This document shows positions 1-15,207 of a stretch of 64,000 nt of DNA, in pieces. Position numbers and translations under genes: made by a program. How positions within the stretch are numbered: the first letter of the stretch is position 1; each line of letters starts with the position of its first letter. The stretch is from positions 53,134,001 through 53,198,000 of the forward strand of contig OX597828.1 in assembly GCA_951406725.2 (NCBI GenBank). The letters are read 5' to 3'. The notes under the pieces were generated by a model. That model did no database searches. It saw nothing but the letters and a program-made list of their open reading frames with translations, and was not told the origin of the DNA. The stretch comes from Octopus vulgaris. Lineage: Eukaryota.

Positions 1-126
1 AAAAAAGTCTTTGCAGCCCTTATCTACCTTTCTTTAGCTTTAATTTCATTTCTCTACTCCGCGTACCACTCATATGTATAATAAATGTAATTCTCCCTCT
101 CTCTATTTCTCTCCCTCTCTCCCCCT

Positions 127-160
<34 letters not shown>

Positions 161-413
161 CTATCTATATCTATATATATATATATAGATGAGTGTATAT
201 ATATATATATCTTGTTGATAAGTTGATACTTGTCGCTACTTCTACTACTACTACTACTACTACTACAGTTAATACTACTACTACTACAACTACAGTTAAT
301 ACTACTGCTTCTACTACTACAACTACTACATTGACTGCCTATAGATCCTCTCTTGAATACAGATCCTGCTTCTTTACTTCTCATACTGAAAAACATTCGA
401 ATATAGTACTAAC

Positions 414-680
414 CACGGAAGAACGAACTTGGGACCAGTCCAGCTGGACGACCTCTGGTATGGCCGCTAGAGAATATACAGGTGGAGAGTGGACACTGGA
501 GGAAATCGAACATCTTAGGTGAGATGTATCAAATCATCCTGGATAATCCATTCTCCATCGGAAATGACCGGTATGTTTGGTCATAAGTCGGAGAGTCACA
601 GTACACAGGTAACATTGCACCTGTAGCCCATCTGAATTCCTTGTTACAATGGAGATATCCTTGTTAGGACTGGCCTGTGG
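414..680 (-). other. Possible host-gene exon
   Basis: Non-repetitive, GC-balanced 267 bp bounded by ttgttgtacag| and |gttagt; an internal ATG frame (MFDFLQCPLSTCIF...) is open to the donor. No homology recognised. Confidence 0.25.
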
Positions 681-2460
681 CTGTACAACAATAACAATTA
701 TAATTGAAATAACTAAAAATGTCAAAAGACGATAAGTAGTTTGCCAAAGAATCGCGCTGATGATCCGGTCCTCAGTTGGAGTTGAAATTAATTTACTTGC
801 ATCATTCGAAACCACGGAGAAAGGCATGAACGTCACAAACGCCCATCAACCCTCTTTTATATAAATAATAATAATAATAATAATAATAAATATTAATAAT
901 GACGATGAGACGACCATTGCAACTAAAGAACTGTTTGATGATTGTATGAATCAGAGTGACAGACATAGTACGCTGGCTGAAAGCTAAAAGCCGATTGTGG
1001 TGAGAGAATTCTTTGAAATAAAACTTTCTTTTGTAATGCTTTCGCAATCTTGTGAAATTGCAAACCTCCCAAAGCTGGTTTCGCATGTTGTCTTTCTGGG
1101 ATTGCTTGGAAAAAAAAGGGAATCGAGATCAGTAAGAAATGGTAACGACTATCATAGAATGAATATTCAAGACAAAAAGCAGAAGAATTAACGAAAAGTT
1201 AGTACCTGCGGGAACGGAAGCATATGTATGTATCTATATACTTTAGATCATTCAATGAATACTTTATTCAAAAGAAATTCCTTGTGTGAACTCACCGAAC
1301 GAAGAACGAATCTTCATACTGTGACACAAACTCATACATTTATACACAGAGATATACAGACGCATATATGCACATATATGTATGTAAATATAGGGGAAAA
1401 AACCGACCCGACACGTTTCTGTATACACATATATGTATATGCATGCCAATATACATTTCCTGACGTATATACGCGTACATCTTTGGAGATTAAAGCCCTA
1501 ATTCCGGTCAGCTGGAAAGTCTTCGCATTGTTTATCTCTGTATGAAACAAAAGTGTTTCTTTCATTTTAACTAATCTTTGTTTTTTACAAGTTTTTAAAA
1601 TCTTAATTTACTCCCAATCCCACTCCGAAATTCCATCAATTTACATAGGCTCACCTTCTACCATCACTATCCTTCTCTCTTATATCCCTCTTTCCCCCTC
1701 TCTCTCTCTCACCATCAAACACAACTGTTGCTACCACTAATATTACTGCTGCTGCTGCTACTACTGCTACTACAACTATTACACACATGAGAAATTACGA
1801 TAAACACTAATTTATATTATTAGTTCCTACGTACGTTTCGCTTTTATTGTTGATTATATCCCTGCATTAGAAGTTCCAAGTGCATTTGTATGCCAATGAA
1901 TCATCAGGAAACTTTTTATTACATCAGCTCTTTGTAACTTGACTCATAGTACTTTCTGATGATCTGTTCTGGTTAATCATCTAAATACATTTGTTATATC
2001 CAGTACAGCGTTACAAGCAACCATAATGGTAAAACGTACGAAGGACCTAACAGTACAAACTTGTGTTTCTCGCACTCTCTCGCACATTGGCTCAACATTT
2101 CATAAATGGTAATACTATAGTAGTTACTTAAACACTGTATGGGAAGTAGACTGGACGATGATAACCTACGTCGAACTCTCAACATGGCAGTAGCGGTCGT
2201 AAGTTTATTTGCACACACAACACATAAAAAACAGTATATATTGTATGTATGTGCATATATATACATATGCATATATATAGAGAGATATAGATATAGATAT
2301 ATATAAAGATATATATATATACCTATATACATATATATGTATATACATACATATATATATACATATGTATATACATATATATATTACATATGCATATATA
2401 CATATATATTACATATATATATATATATATTATGCATATTTATACACACGCACACACACG

Positions 2461-2520
<60 letters not shown>

Positions 2521-2528
<8 letters not shown>

Positions 2529-2669
2529 GAAATGAGGTACTCAGAAATCTGGATATTTATTAGTATGTTACATGTTTTTATAAATCATGATTTATAAAAA
2601 AATGTAACATACCAATAAATATCTGTAAATATAAAACCATCCAGATTTCTGAGCTCCGCATTTCTAATA
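2521..2669. repeat. Imperfect palindrome of about 150 bp within a (TA)n tract
   Basis: Centre TAAATCA|TGATTTA at 2587/2588; arms match apart from a few substitutions and an insertion of about 18 bp in the right arm. Confidence 0.85.
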
Positions 2670-2704
2670 TATAATACCTGTACATCATCTCCAAACCTTC
2701 TAAG

Positions 2705-2753
<49 letters not shown>

Positions 2754-2902
2754 TATATACATATGTCTACAAGTGTGTTAGCGTTTGCGTAAGAAAAAGT
2801 GAAAGTAAAACTGAACAACATATTGAAGAAGAACATTAGTGAAAGAGGGCCACAAAGAGAGAATGTGTTTGTGCTTGTCTGTGTGAGTGTATGTTTGCAT
2901 TT

Positions 2903-2937
<35 letters not shown>

Positions 2938-3027
2938 ATTAGCTTCAATGAATGTTTATAGTGTTATTTCTACATGCATTCATTTATATATAGTTCAGAA
3001 CAGATTCACACACAATTACAGTATACA

Positions 3028-3067
<40 letters not shown>

Positions 3068-3155
3068 TACACACACACTCATATACATATGCATCTCCTC
3101 ACATAAAACTCTCTGATTTTGTATTATATATGCACGTTAGGTAAACTTTTTAAGA

Positions 3156-3202
<47 letters not shown>

Positions 3203-3312
3203 TATACATAAGTGCATGTATTTGTTATTGTATTTGTCTAAGCACATGTTCAATTTCTGTATGCATATATCATTTATACACGCAGTCATACTGAAAATTG
3301 GTAGGCATCCAT

Positions 3313-3407
<95 letters not shown>

Positions 3408-4028
3408 TCTGTTCTAGAAAAAAAAAAGAAAAGGACTGAAAATCACGTTACCAAAAGAAATGGAATGAATAAATAAAGTATATAAATAAATTCAGAAAAA
3501 AAATTGAAATAAAAGTTTATTTCTGGAGGAAGAGTTGAAATATACTCCGAAACGTCAGTCATTAACAAATGGAAGAAAAAAGTCGGTTTTGTGGGGAGAA
3601 AGTGAAATAAATCTAAAAAAAGATGTAATCGCAGTCAGAGTTATTGAACTGCATCGAACTGGAAAGTAAAATAACTGATATGAATATCAGTATGGATTGG
3701 AAAATGTATAACCAAACGTGTGTATGTATATGTATGTGGGTGTGTGGGAGTGTTGGAGTGTGTTGAAATGGAGAAAAAAAAAGGAAGAAAACCAGTGACC
3801 AAACAAACAAGGAACTTAAAGAGAGAAGATCCATCTTTGGACGCGAACCACAAATGGAATATAAGAAAAAAATAATAAAGAATGAGTAAAAAAACAAGAA
3901 ATAAAAATAAAATAAAATCAATTAATTACTCAATGGATTGTTTATTCTTATTTTCTTATTAGACGTATATGCATGTAAATATGTATGTATATATATATGT
4001 GGTTGTGTGTGTGTGTGTGTGTGTGTGT

Positions 4029-4315
4029 GGAAGCGCAATGGCCCAGTGGTTAGAGCAGCGGACTCGCGGTCGCGGGATCGCGGTTTCGATTCCCAGACCG
4101 GGCGTTGTGAGTGTTTATTGAGCGAAAACACCTAAATCTTCACGAGGCTCCGGCAGGGGGGTGGTGGCAATCCCTGCTGTACTCTTTCACCACAACTTTC
4201 TCTCACTCTTACTCCTGTTGGCGGGGTGGCGCCATTTGAAGGCTAAAACAATGCGAAGCGCATTGTGACCAGCGATGTGTAGCAACATCTGATAGCCTGG
4301 TCGGTCACGTGATCA
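4029..4315 (+). mobile_element. SINE family C (tRNA-Arg-like head)
   Basis: tggcccagtgg A-box, ggtttcgattccc B-box, body shared with the 13504 and 54150 copies. Confidence 0.85.
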
Positions 4316-4971
4316 CATACACACATATATATATACACATATGTACATGCGAGTGAAGAATCTTTGTAAGGAGATCAAAAAAGGTTTAATAAAATAAGGT
4401 AAATTAAAATAACATGGCTTCATTTATTTCCATTTGTATAAAACTTCTTCATTTTGGTCTTAGCACATTTTAGCCACCACATAATGTTCACCCACACCGA
4501 ATGTATAGGTAAAATTGTTCAGTTCTACAATATTTTATTTTCAGCTACATTTTAACAATTCCGTGAATTTCTTCAATTCACACACGTTTTCATATACGAA
4601 CTAGAAAATCAATGGAGTATTATATAACAGCGATTTCATTATTTTTTTTATTGCAACAACGATGAATGTTCTATCATGCATTTTTTAGTATTGTGCTCAA
4701 ATGTGTGCCAGTTGTGATGGTTTGTCGAAGTTTGAAGGAAGAGGTCTATGTTGAAAGTCGTTCCCCTCCTCTTAAAATGGCAAGTTTTCATCAATTTATA
4801 TCATTCTGTCTTAGAGAAGAACACTTTGAATAGGTTAATCCTGCGTTCTCATTTCATTGGATAAATAGAGAATGGCCATGGTTGAAATATGCTTCTCCTA
4901 ATAGTATTTTCCGAACTGGCCCATACTCATAAATAGAATGATTTTTCTTTAATATGTAGCTACAAGATATG

Positions 4972-5029
<58 letters not shown>

Positions 5030-5345
5030 ATTATTTGAGGGAATATCAATCTTAACTTACAGGGAAAAATTCAATTTAGAAATACTAAATCAAATTTCAC
5101 AGAATATAATATAATATATATATATATAAAAATTAGAAAAAAACCCACCATTTATCAATTCAAAATGAACAAATTAAATTACACTATCTAGAAAATTACA
5201 TATAATAGAAATATTAAAATTAAAATAACAATAATATAACGATGATTAAGTTAATTGCAAAAAAATAATAAAAACGTATATAATTGGTAGTATATATATG
5301 TATATATATATTTATATATGTGTGTGTGTGTATGTATGTGTGTGT

Positions 5346-5392
<47 letters not shown>

Positions 5393-5898
5393 CTGTTAAT
5401 AAACGCCTCATGTGTGTTGCGCACCGTTACTAATGGATGTTTGATTTTTATCACTCTAAGTACATGTCATCATATTACCTCACGGGTGGGACAATTAACA
5501 ACTCGCTCCGGAGCATTCGACAGTGAAGGTATGTCTGATCGGGTGACAAATAGACGCAACTCATTAAAATAGTAGTTCCGCTATATATCTTCTCATTTCG
5601 TAGGGAGAAAAGCAACAAAACGAAGGAAATATCTTCATTTACATAGATCAAAAATAAAATCACAGATTCGAAAAAGAAACGATCAAGCAATACAGCGAGA
5701 AGTGTATTAAAACTAACCGTTAACAAATATGGATGTGTGTATATACATATATATACATACACACACACATTTACTCTTCTATAACGCTGCTACACATTTT
5801 ATGTAAAGCTTTTTCTACTAGAGCAAATCTCAATCTTTTAATGACAAAATGTAGCTAGGGTCCAATCCTCTTCAAAAACTACTACTGTAGTTGAATTT

Positions 5899-6350
<452 letters not shown>

Positions 6351-7168
6351 ACGCGTGTACGTGTGCGTGTGCATGTGTGTGTAGCATAAAATCACATATA
6401 TATTTAAGCATGAATTGTTCAACATTTCCAAACAAAATCACCGTCTTGTTTTCACTCGTTTATTGAAGGGAATCTGCCCTAACGAGAATAGTATTAAAAT
6501 GTTAGAAAAATATGAGGCAATCAGCTGACAGAATCGTTAGCAAGTCAGAAAAAAAATATCTAACAGCATTACTTCCGGCTTAACGCTCTTTGTCCAAATT
6601 TTCCCCAAATTAACTTTGACCTTTTATCTTTTAAGCAACAATAAAATATTTAACTGTCAGACGCTGAGATTGATGTAATCGACTGGCCCTTCTTCCAAAA
6701 TTTCGGGTCTTGTGCGTAGAGCAGAGAGAATTATAAAGAAGACACAACTAAAAATAGAAAACATTGTGGCCTTAAATGGACACCTCATTTTTTCTTTAAT
6801 TCTTTTCTGTTTTTGTCTACGGCTTTCACCCTTTCATTCTTTCATTTTTTGTTACTTGACTGTTTTTTTTATTTATATATATTTGTTTTGTGGGGAGCTT
6901 TCTATTTCCTATTTCTTATTGTCACCTTTCCTAATAATTCTATAAAACAATCTCACTCACCTAGTAATGTTATCATCCCCTATGGAGACGCACTAGAGAC
7001 ACGATAGTGTTTTGTAAGGAAATGTTGAATACACACATATATACACATATATATATATGTACATACATGCACACGTTCATATATATATATATAGTAAACA
7101 GAAAATGGAGAAATATTGATCAACAACAATTGACTTCATCAATTATTCTTTTCATTCGATGCAAATAG

Positions 7169-7331
7169 ACTCTCTTTACTCTTTACTCTTTTTACCCTTT
7201 TACTTGCTTCAGTCATTTGACTGCGGCCATGCTGGAGCACCGCCTTTAGTCGAGCAAATCGACCCCGGGACTTATTCTTTGTAAGCCCAGTACTTATTCT
7301 ATCGGTCTCTTTTGCCGAACTGCTAAGTGAC
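7169..7331 (-). mobile_element. SINE family A 3' half
   Basis: Tail nearly identical to other copies. Confidence 0.85.
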
Positions 7332-7609
7332 ATCGGAACTTAGCCACTCTCGTGAGCTTCCTGTTGACGTAAAAATACCAGTTTTTGCTGCGGGTGACGA
7401 TACGATAAAAAAATATCTGTTATGTTCACGAGTAGCTTGATGTCGAGCGAGCAAACTGGTGGTGACAGAGGAGCACTAATGTTTGACTCTTACATTCAGA
7501 GCGTGTGGCACGAGTGCTCTGAGATTTGGCACTTTAGGTATCGAGTGAGAGTATACCATCTTAGGTATCATGAGAGTATTCCATCTGTTGGGTCAATTCC
7601 TTAGGGAAT

Positions 7610-7988
7610 TAGCGCGGAAATTCCTCAATGACCCTGTTCAATCACTACTCATTTAACTGAAAATTTCTGCTGAAAAGCGTGAAAGTCACTTCTGCGTAGT
7701 TTTTTCAGGGATAGCGCTTTCTATGTACACAGCACGACAGTCCCGAACGGTTTTGGCACCTTTGGAAACTGGATTGAAAATGAAAGGAAGCACGTTGAGG
7801 AAATTCTCTCTCTTTTTTCTCGTAGGTCTGGAAAAGCTTAAGAATTATTGAAATTTCTAAAACGATAAACAAAATAAAGACAAGCACACGAAAAGAAAAA
7901 CAAAGAAAAACATAAAACGATGAAATTATTTTTCGAGTTAATTCAAATAAGATTGGAAAGAAACGAACGAATTTATCTGACAACCCAA
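7610..7988 (-). mobile_element. Tc1/mariner transposon 5' relic
   Basis: TIR-like ttgggttgtcagataa followed by a decayed HTH (KTVRDCRAVY.ESAIPEKTTQK*LSRF..ENFQL). Confidence 0.6.
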
Positions 7989-10067
7989 GCTTCCAAGTTT
8001 GTGTACATATTAAATACTTTTGTAAGTATATAATTTTCATGCGCATGCGCATAAATTTGAGAGAGATATAAAGATACATTGAAAATAGACTGTGTCCCGT
8101 ATGTTGGTTAGATTTTTATTGACAATCTTCCACGCAGTTTCCGTTTACCCAATTTTGCTCTCAGAATATGAATCGACACCAGTCCAAGACACCTTGCAGC
8201 TGAATCGAAACTGGGATCACATGATTGCGAAAAACCTCTTTACCGTTCGACCATGCTGCACCAACTTCTGTTATTTTCATTTTATAATAAATTTTTCTTT
8301 CGTATTTTTTTCCTTTTTTTTTTTTTTTGGTTTGTTTTGTCTTGGTTACTGCAACAGCTACATCAATATCAACCACATGAAGACCAACAACAACAACAAC
8401 AACAACAACAGCAACACAAAATGAAAATTTCCTGCCGCAAATATCTTATTGATATTGTTGTGTTGTTGACAACGATGTTTCGTGTAGATATAATGGATAT
8501 TTGCTGCGGAATGTTGTAAATAATAAATAACATGTGATGTGTGTCATTGAAAAGTGTGAGTACATGGGTGCCTCTCTCTGTGTGTGTGTGTGTGTGTATG
8601 TGTGTCTGCGCGCTCGTATGTGTGTGTGTGTGTTTGTGTGTGCGTGTGTGAAAGAGTGTAGCTTGTGAGATTGAAAGTAGTCTAGATCGGTATGTGTGTG
8701 TGTGTGTGTTTGTGTGTGTGCCTGGGATGTTGGTAAGGTGACATGCTAAACGAAGCGAAAGACAAGAGACAACCATGATTTATAAGAACCGATTTCTGTC
8801 TGCTCTTCTCTTTTTTCATTGTTAATAATTCGGGTGTTAGAATTGTGGTCTAAGTCTAAAAAGTTGACAAAGATGGAAAGTGTAAGAAAATTTTTCAGAA
8901 AATTTTTCAGAAAATTTTTAAAAATAAAGAAAACAAAAGAAAAAAAAACGCAAGACTAATAATTCTAAATTATAAGGACAATCTATTGAGTGAAGCCATT
9001 TTCGTTTAAAAGACAACAACACTGCAAAGAAATACTCTCCTCCACTTTCGAAATAAGAGGATTTAAAATTTAGAGCCGCAAACAATGTCACAATAGTCTT
9101 CAAAGTAGGATGAAAACGAAGAAGAAATACAAAGAGAAAAAAATGATATTCGGAAAAATTACAAAGAATTTGCGAAAATAAAAGAAATGTATACAATACA
9201 GAGCTTCAGAACATTGCTATAGATGAGGATTTATAGAGGAGGATGGCTGCAGTTAGGAATACATTAATAGAGAAGAAGAGAAAGAAATGCGAGGAAACTC
9301 GATCGCAGACTAAGATTTAACAAGAAGCAAAAAAATAAAAGATAAAAATGGTTTGAATGTGATCTTTGTAAACCCTTGTCAACAAGGATCAGTTCATAAT
9401 GAGTAGCATCTTGTGTAGAATTCGCTGACGGTTTTGATAGTATTTAAATTTGACATTAACATTCTTCACAAGTCTTGGAGTGTGAGAACAGCGGAATTGG
9501 CGCACAAATCGGACACAATTTTGTCCGATCCAGCCAGGAATTTTTTGTGGTAAACTACACTGAGTACTCATACTACACACCTGTTTGTATTACGACAGGT
9601 GACGAAAACTCCTTATGTGTGTCTTTGTGTTTGTCTGTTTGCGTGTGTGGTAAAAAGCTTGCTTGCGAACCACGTGATTCCGGGTTCGGAATATATATAT
9701 ACATATATATATATATATATGTGTGTGTGAAGAGAGAGAGAGAGAGAGAGAGAGAGTGATTTCTTGGAAAGCTCAGTAATTAAAGGACAGAATTTTGTAA
9801 GTAACCACAAACATGTTCAGTGACCGGAGAAACACACGCTTAATTCAAATCCGAAACTTTTGTTGTTTCTCAAGAAACTGAGATGCTGCTCCATCGCAAG
9901 AAATGGAAACGTTTCAGAATTCTTAATTAAGTAAGTTTGGCAATGAATAAGTGACGTAAAATAACGCCAGGAAACATAAAGCATAATACAAATGAACCAG
10001 TAATTCAGACGTCTCTTCCATCATTCTTTAAGTGGAATTTCCAATAAGGAGATTCTCTGCGAATGCG

Positions 10068-10132
<65 letters not shown>

Positions 10133-10157
10133 GCACTCACACACACACATGTGCTGT

Positions 10158-10202
<45 letters not shown>

Positions 10203-10300
10203 CTATGAGTGTTTGTTGAGAAATAGTCTTCAAAGTAACTAGATATATTTTTGTGGTAAACTAAACTGAGTACTCATACTAGACACCTGTTTGTATTACG

Positions 10301-10488
10301 AAGTACCACCTCCGATGGACAGGGCATGTCTCCAGAATGGAGAACCATCGCCTTCCAAAGATTGCCATGTTTGACGAACTCTCCACCGGTCACCGAGTGA
10401 GAGGAGCTCCGAGGAAGCGCTACAAAGACTGCCTCAAGAAGTCTCTAACAGCATGTCAAATTAACCACCAATGCTGGTCAGACCTGGC
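10301..10488 (+). mobile_element. RTE-clade LINE C-terminal fragment
   Basis: HLRWTGHVSRMENHRLPKIAMFDELSTGHRVRGAPRKRYKDCLK...WSDLA matches the RTE C-terminal consensus. Confidence 0.85.
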
Positions 10489-10770
10489 TATGGCAGAAAT
10501 TCAAAAGATAGTGGTCATGGGAACTGCTCATATCCTACGCAAAATACTTTCTATGTAATCTCAAGGTTTAAAACAAACATAATTTTCGGTTTAAAAAAAA
10601 AAAAAAACTATTTTTAGACATTCATTAGTACAACACCCCCACCCCCCAAATATATGGCACACTAGGCATAACAACAACATGAACTTCCAACCCTGTTGTC
10701 TCTTGAGGTCTCTGGGTGAGACTTGGAGCTAACTTGTACAAACATAAAGCAAAAGTCAAACATAGAATAA
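10489..10770 (+). mobile_element. R4/Dong-like non-LTR element 3' end
   Basis: EIQKIVVMGTAHILRKILSM* (RLE C-terminus), then a 3' UTR running into (TAA)n. Confidence 0.75.
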
Positions 10771-10796
10771 TAATAATAATAATGATGATAATGATG

Positions 10797-12030
<1,234 letters not shown>

Positions 12031-12032
12031 TG

Positions 12033-12141
12033 GTGAAAGGTAAAGTGGACCTCAGCGGAATTTGACCTCAGAATGTAAAGACGGGCGAAATACCGCTAAG
12101 CATTTCGCCCTGCGTGCTCACGATTCTGCCAGCTCGCCTCC

Positions 12142-12142
<1 letters not shown>
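12033..12142 (-). mobile_element. SINE family B head
   Basis: Reverse-complement match. Confidence 0.8.
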
Positions 12143-12205
<63 letters not shown>

Positions 12206-12629
12206 CCTTTTTTTGCGTGGACATACAAAAGACTTGTCTTTTCTTTCCTTTCTCCCTGAGTATTCAAAAATGTAAGCATCCTTTTTATTGCAAAAACGCA
12301 ACTGTTTTCTCTAACTGGACATACAAACGAACATCTCTTGAAAAGTCAACTTCAATCTCTACAATTTTACCTTTATTTTCTCCCTGAGTACCCGAAATAT
12401 GCAAACATACATTTTATTGCAATAAGAGAAATTCACGAGGAAAAAAATAGATTCTCTTTGGTCGAACACAACTTCTCTATTCACAAATAATACAGAACAG
12501 AGTAAGTTGGTCCTTCCTTAATTTCTCTTAAGGTCAAGGTCACTGCTCGCTGCTAGAAGTATTAGACATTTGAACTCTTTTTGACCGATCGGACCCCATC
12601 TCACTTCAAAAAAAAATTACACGAGTCGC

Positions 12630-12750
12630 ACTACTACTACTACTACTACTATTGCTGCTGCTGCTGCTACCACTGCTGCTGCTGTCGCTACTACTACTAT
12701 TACTACCACTGCTGCTGTTACCACTGCTGCTGCTACCACTGCTGCTGCTG

Positions 12751-12793
<43 letters not shown>

Positions 12794-12811
12794 AACTACT
12801 ACTACTACTAT

Positions 12812-12866
<55 letters not shown>

Positions 12867-12980
12867 GGTACTGTTGCTATTGCTGCTGCCATTACTACTG
12901 CTATTACCACTACCGCTGCTGCTGATAGTGATATTGCTGCTGCTACTACAACTACGGGTACTGCTGCTGCTGCTGCTAAT
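12630..12980. repeat. (CTA/CTG)n compound microsatellite
   Basis: Seen directly. Confidence 0.9.
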
Positions 12981-13018
12981 GATGATAAATGCAGCCCCTG
13001 TATGAAGATTAGCTGTTA

Positions 13019-13049
<31 letters not shown>

Positions 13050-13099
13050 ATTTTTAAAAAATGAAAATTTAATAATTTAACTTAACTTAAAAAGAAAAG

Positions 13100-14540
13100 A
13101 AAATTTGAAACAGTTCACCGAATCGCTTGTCCAATGGTTATTCTGGAAGCGCGCCTGTCAGGAGGTTGTCAGCCTGACGGCGAAAGATTCTCTAAAGGCA
13201 GAATATCTTCCCCGAAAACGAACCTGGAAGGTCACTTAAACGGGATTTGTCACAAATTAAGCCAAGTTCACCACCACAACGACCACAAAATCAAAAATGT
13301 AAAAGAACTAAATGGAACCAGGAAGAATATAAAGAAGTAATATACGCTTATTACTTTGCATTAAGTAGGCCAACCCAAGAGAAACACACCGCAAACTCCT
13401 ACAGAATTTGGAGGAGCTGGAATCCAGCTAGCAGGCCAAACCTGGATGAAAACAGATTAGCAAATGTTAGAAGAGATATCTTCAGAAATACCAGACTCAC
13501 AGAAGTGGAGGCACATGGCCTAGTGGTTAGAGCAGCGGACTCACGGTCGAGGGATCGCGGGTTCGAATCTCAGACCGGGCGATGTGTGTGTTTATGAGCG
13601 AAACACCTAAGCCCCACGCGGCTCCGGCAGAAGGTAATGGCGAAACTTCTGCTGACTCTTTCGCCACAACTTTCTCTCACTCTTTCCTCCTGCATCTTGC
13701 AGCTCACCTGCGATGGACCGGCGTCCCGTCCAGGTGGGAGACCTATATGCCAAGAAACCGTGAAACTGACCCTTATGAGCCAGGCATGGCTCGAGAAGGA
13801 ACAAACAGACTCACAGATGCAGAATTAGCCTCAATTAAAAAAGTGGTAGTGAATGACCTAAATATAAGTCAGGAAAGAAATAAAGAAGCAGAGAAGAGGA
13901 ATGTTGGACCACGAGGATTGACTGAAAGGCGACCATCTACCGAAACCACTCAAGAGCCTGAAGAAAAAAGAAAATATAATGACCCTAGAAAAAACAGCCA
14001 GTAAAATGATATCGAAACAGAATTTGAAGACCACATATTTGCTGAACAGCACAGAAAATCTCTCATTGAAATGAAGCAGGAAGTTCTGAATGAGCATGCA
14101 GCTGTAGGGCATACAAATATGAATGATAGGGAACCACTCCATAAACTCTCAAATGCACACCAACATAAAACACAAGTAAAAAATTGGCAACTGCGTTACA
14201 AAAGAAATCATACAACAACTAAAACTCGATCTTAAGTTAAATGAAATTATTTACTCTGTTGCTAAGGTAATCGAAAGACGCTGTTTAACAACCAAAAAGC
14301 CAACAATACTAAATTCGAAAACAAATTCAAACTGGAGGAGTAGAATTGAAACTGAGATTGAATCATTGCGAAGGGAGATATCAATATTAACTGAGCTAAT
14401 CTCTGGAAATGATGTAAGATCAAGAAAAGGAAGGAATATTGTGAGAAAATATGGACTCTCAACAAGAGAAGAACTAATATCAGCGAAAGAAACACTTAAA
14501 CAAAAAGTTCAATCAGAAGATCAGAGAATACGCAGATTTT
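13100..14540 (+). mobile_element. R4/Dong-like ORF N-terminal region, degenerate, interrupted by a SINE
   Basis: RTKWNQEEYKEVIYAYY...YRIWR...LDENRLANVRRDI...LT[SINE]DAEL; later WRSRIETEIESLRREISIL...ETLKQKVQ...RIRRF. Confidence 0.7.
13504..13805 (+). mobile_element. SINE family C with 12-bp TSD, inserted in the R4/Dong ORF
   Basis: TSD cagactcacaga at 13492-13503 and 13806-13817; V-domain-like ctgcgatggaccggcgtcccgtccagg. Confidence 0.9.
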
Positions 14541-14848
14541 AGAGCAGTGGGGAATATTCTCTCAATTTCATGGACAGGCGAGGTAACTCAACTCTAATAA
14601 TACCTGGGAGTGATGTACATCGATGTCCCTCCATTTTGAGGTTTGTCAATATCACGTACCTGAACAGGATCGAAGATGAATTATTTCGCCAGGCAACAAC
14701 TTATATGCTTATAAAGTGCAAACCATCTGAATGTATGCCCGAACAATGCTTACGTAAGAATAAATTCAAATAGGAAATGAAGCGGCACTAGTGTAAACAT
14801 CGATAAATAAAGCACTGCTTCTATTTCATATGTGAATATATACATATA

Positions 14849-15207
14849 CAAGCAGTATCGTCCGGCGTTGCTCGGGTTTGTTTCAACCCTTTAGAATTGG
14901 AATTTTTAAAAAGTAAAAAAATTGCATTATGTAGCTTGTTATTCTCTTTAAATGAATATTTTTCTGGTTGAAATACACCGAAAAATGACGACACAGCAGT
15001 CAAAAAATCGTAAGAAATAGGGATTTTCATACAAAAAATGCACCTTTTTGATGTAAATAATTTTTGGTCTTAACATGGTCAAATTTGAATTTTATCTTCT
15101 ACGGAATGTAGAGCAAGCCTTCTTCTATCATATTCTCAATTTTGGTCAACTTTCTCCGCAGGGCCTCGGAGGGGATAGTGTTAGTTGAAGACTACCAAAC
15201 CAGCCAC
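14849..15207 (-). mobile_element. Non-autonomous Helitron, related 3' end, truncated
   Basis: agcagtatcgtccggcgttgctcgggtttg is nearly identical to 28130-28159; terminal CTAG is mutated; the other end runs into the 15208 palindrome. Confidence 0.7.

Noticed and set aside
534-536. In-frame TGA in the 414-680 candidate exon as possible selenocysteine
   Set aside because: No recognisable selenoprotein homology or SECIS; the frame looks non-coding.
757-800. CUGAUGA...GAAA possible hammerhead
   Set aside because: Extra bases before GAAA and no stem I.
3523-3566. CUGGAGGA-A-GAG...CUC-C-GAAA-CGUCAG-UC hammerhead-like motif
   Set aside because: An extra G in the core and a weak stem I; kept only as a possible decayed copy, not annotated as a feature.
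4029-4105. tRNA gene-like sequences (also 13508, 41817, 54150, and about 8200-8270 on the minus strand)
   Set aside because: They continue into shared SINE bodies and lack a proper cloverleaf; these are SINE heads.
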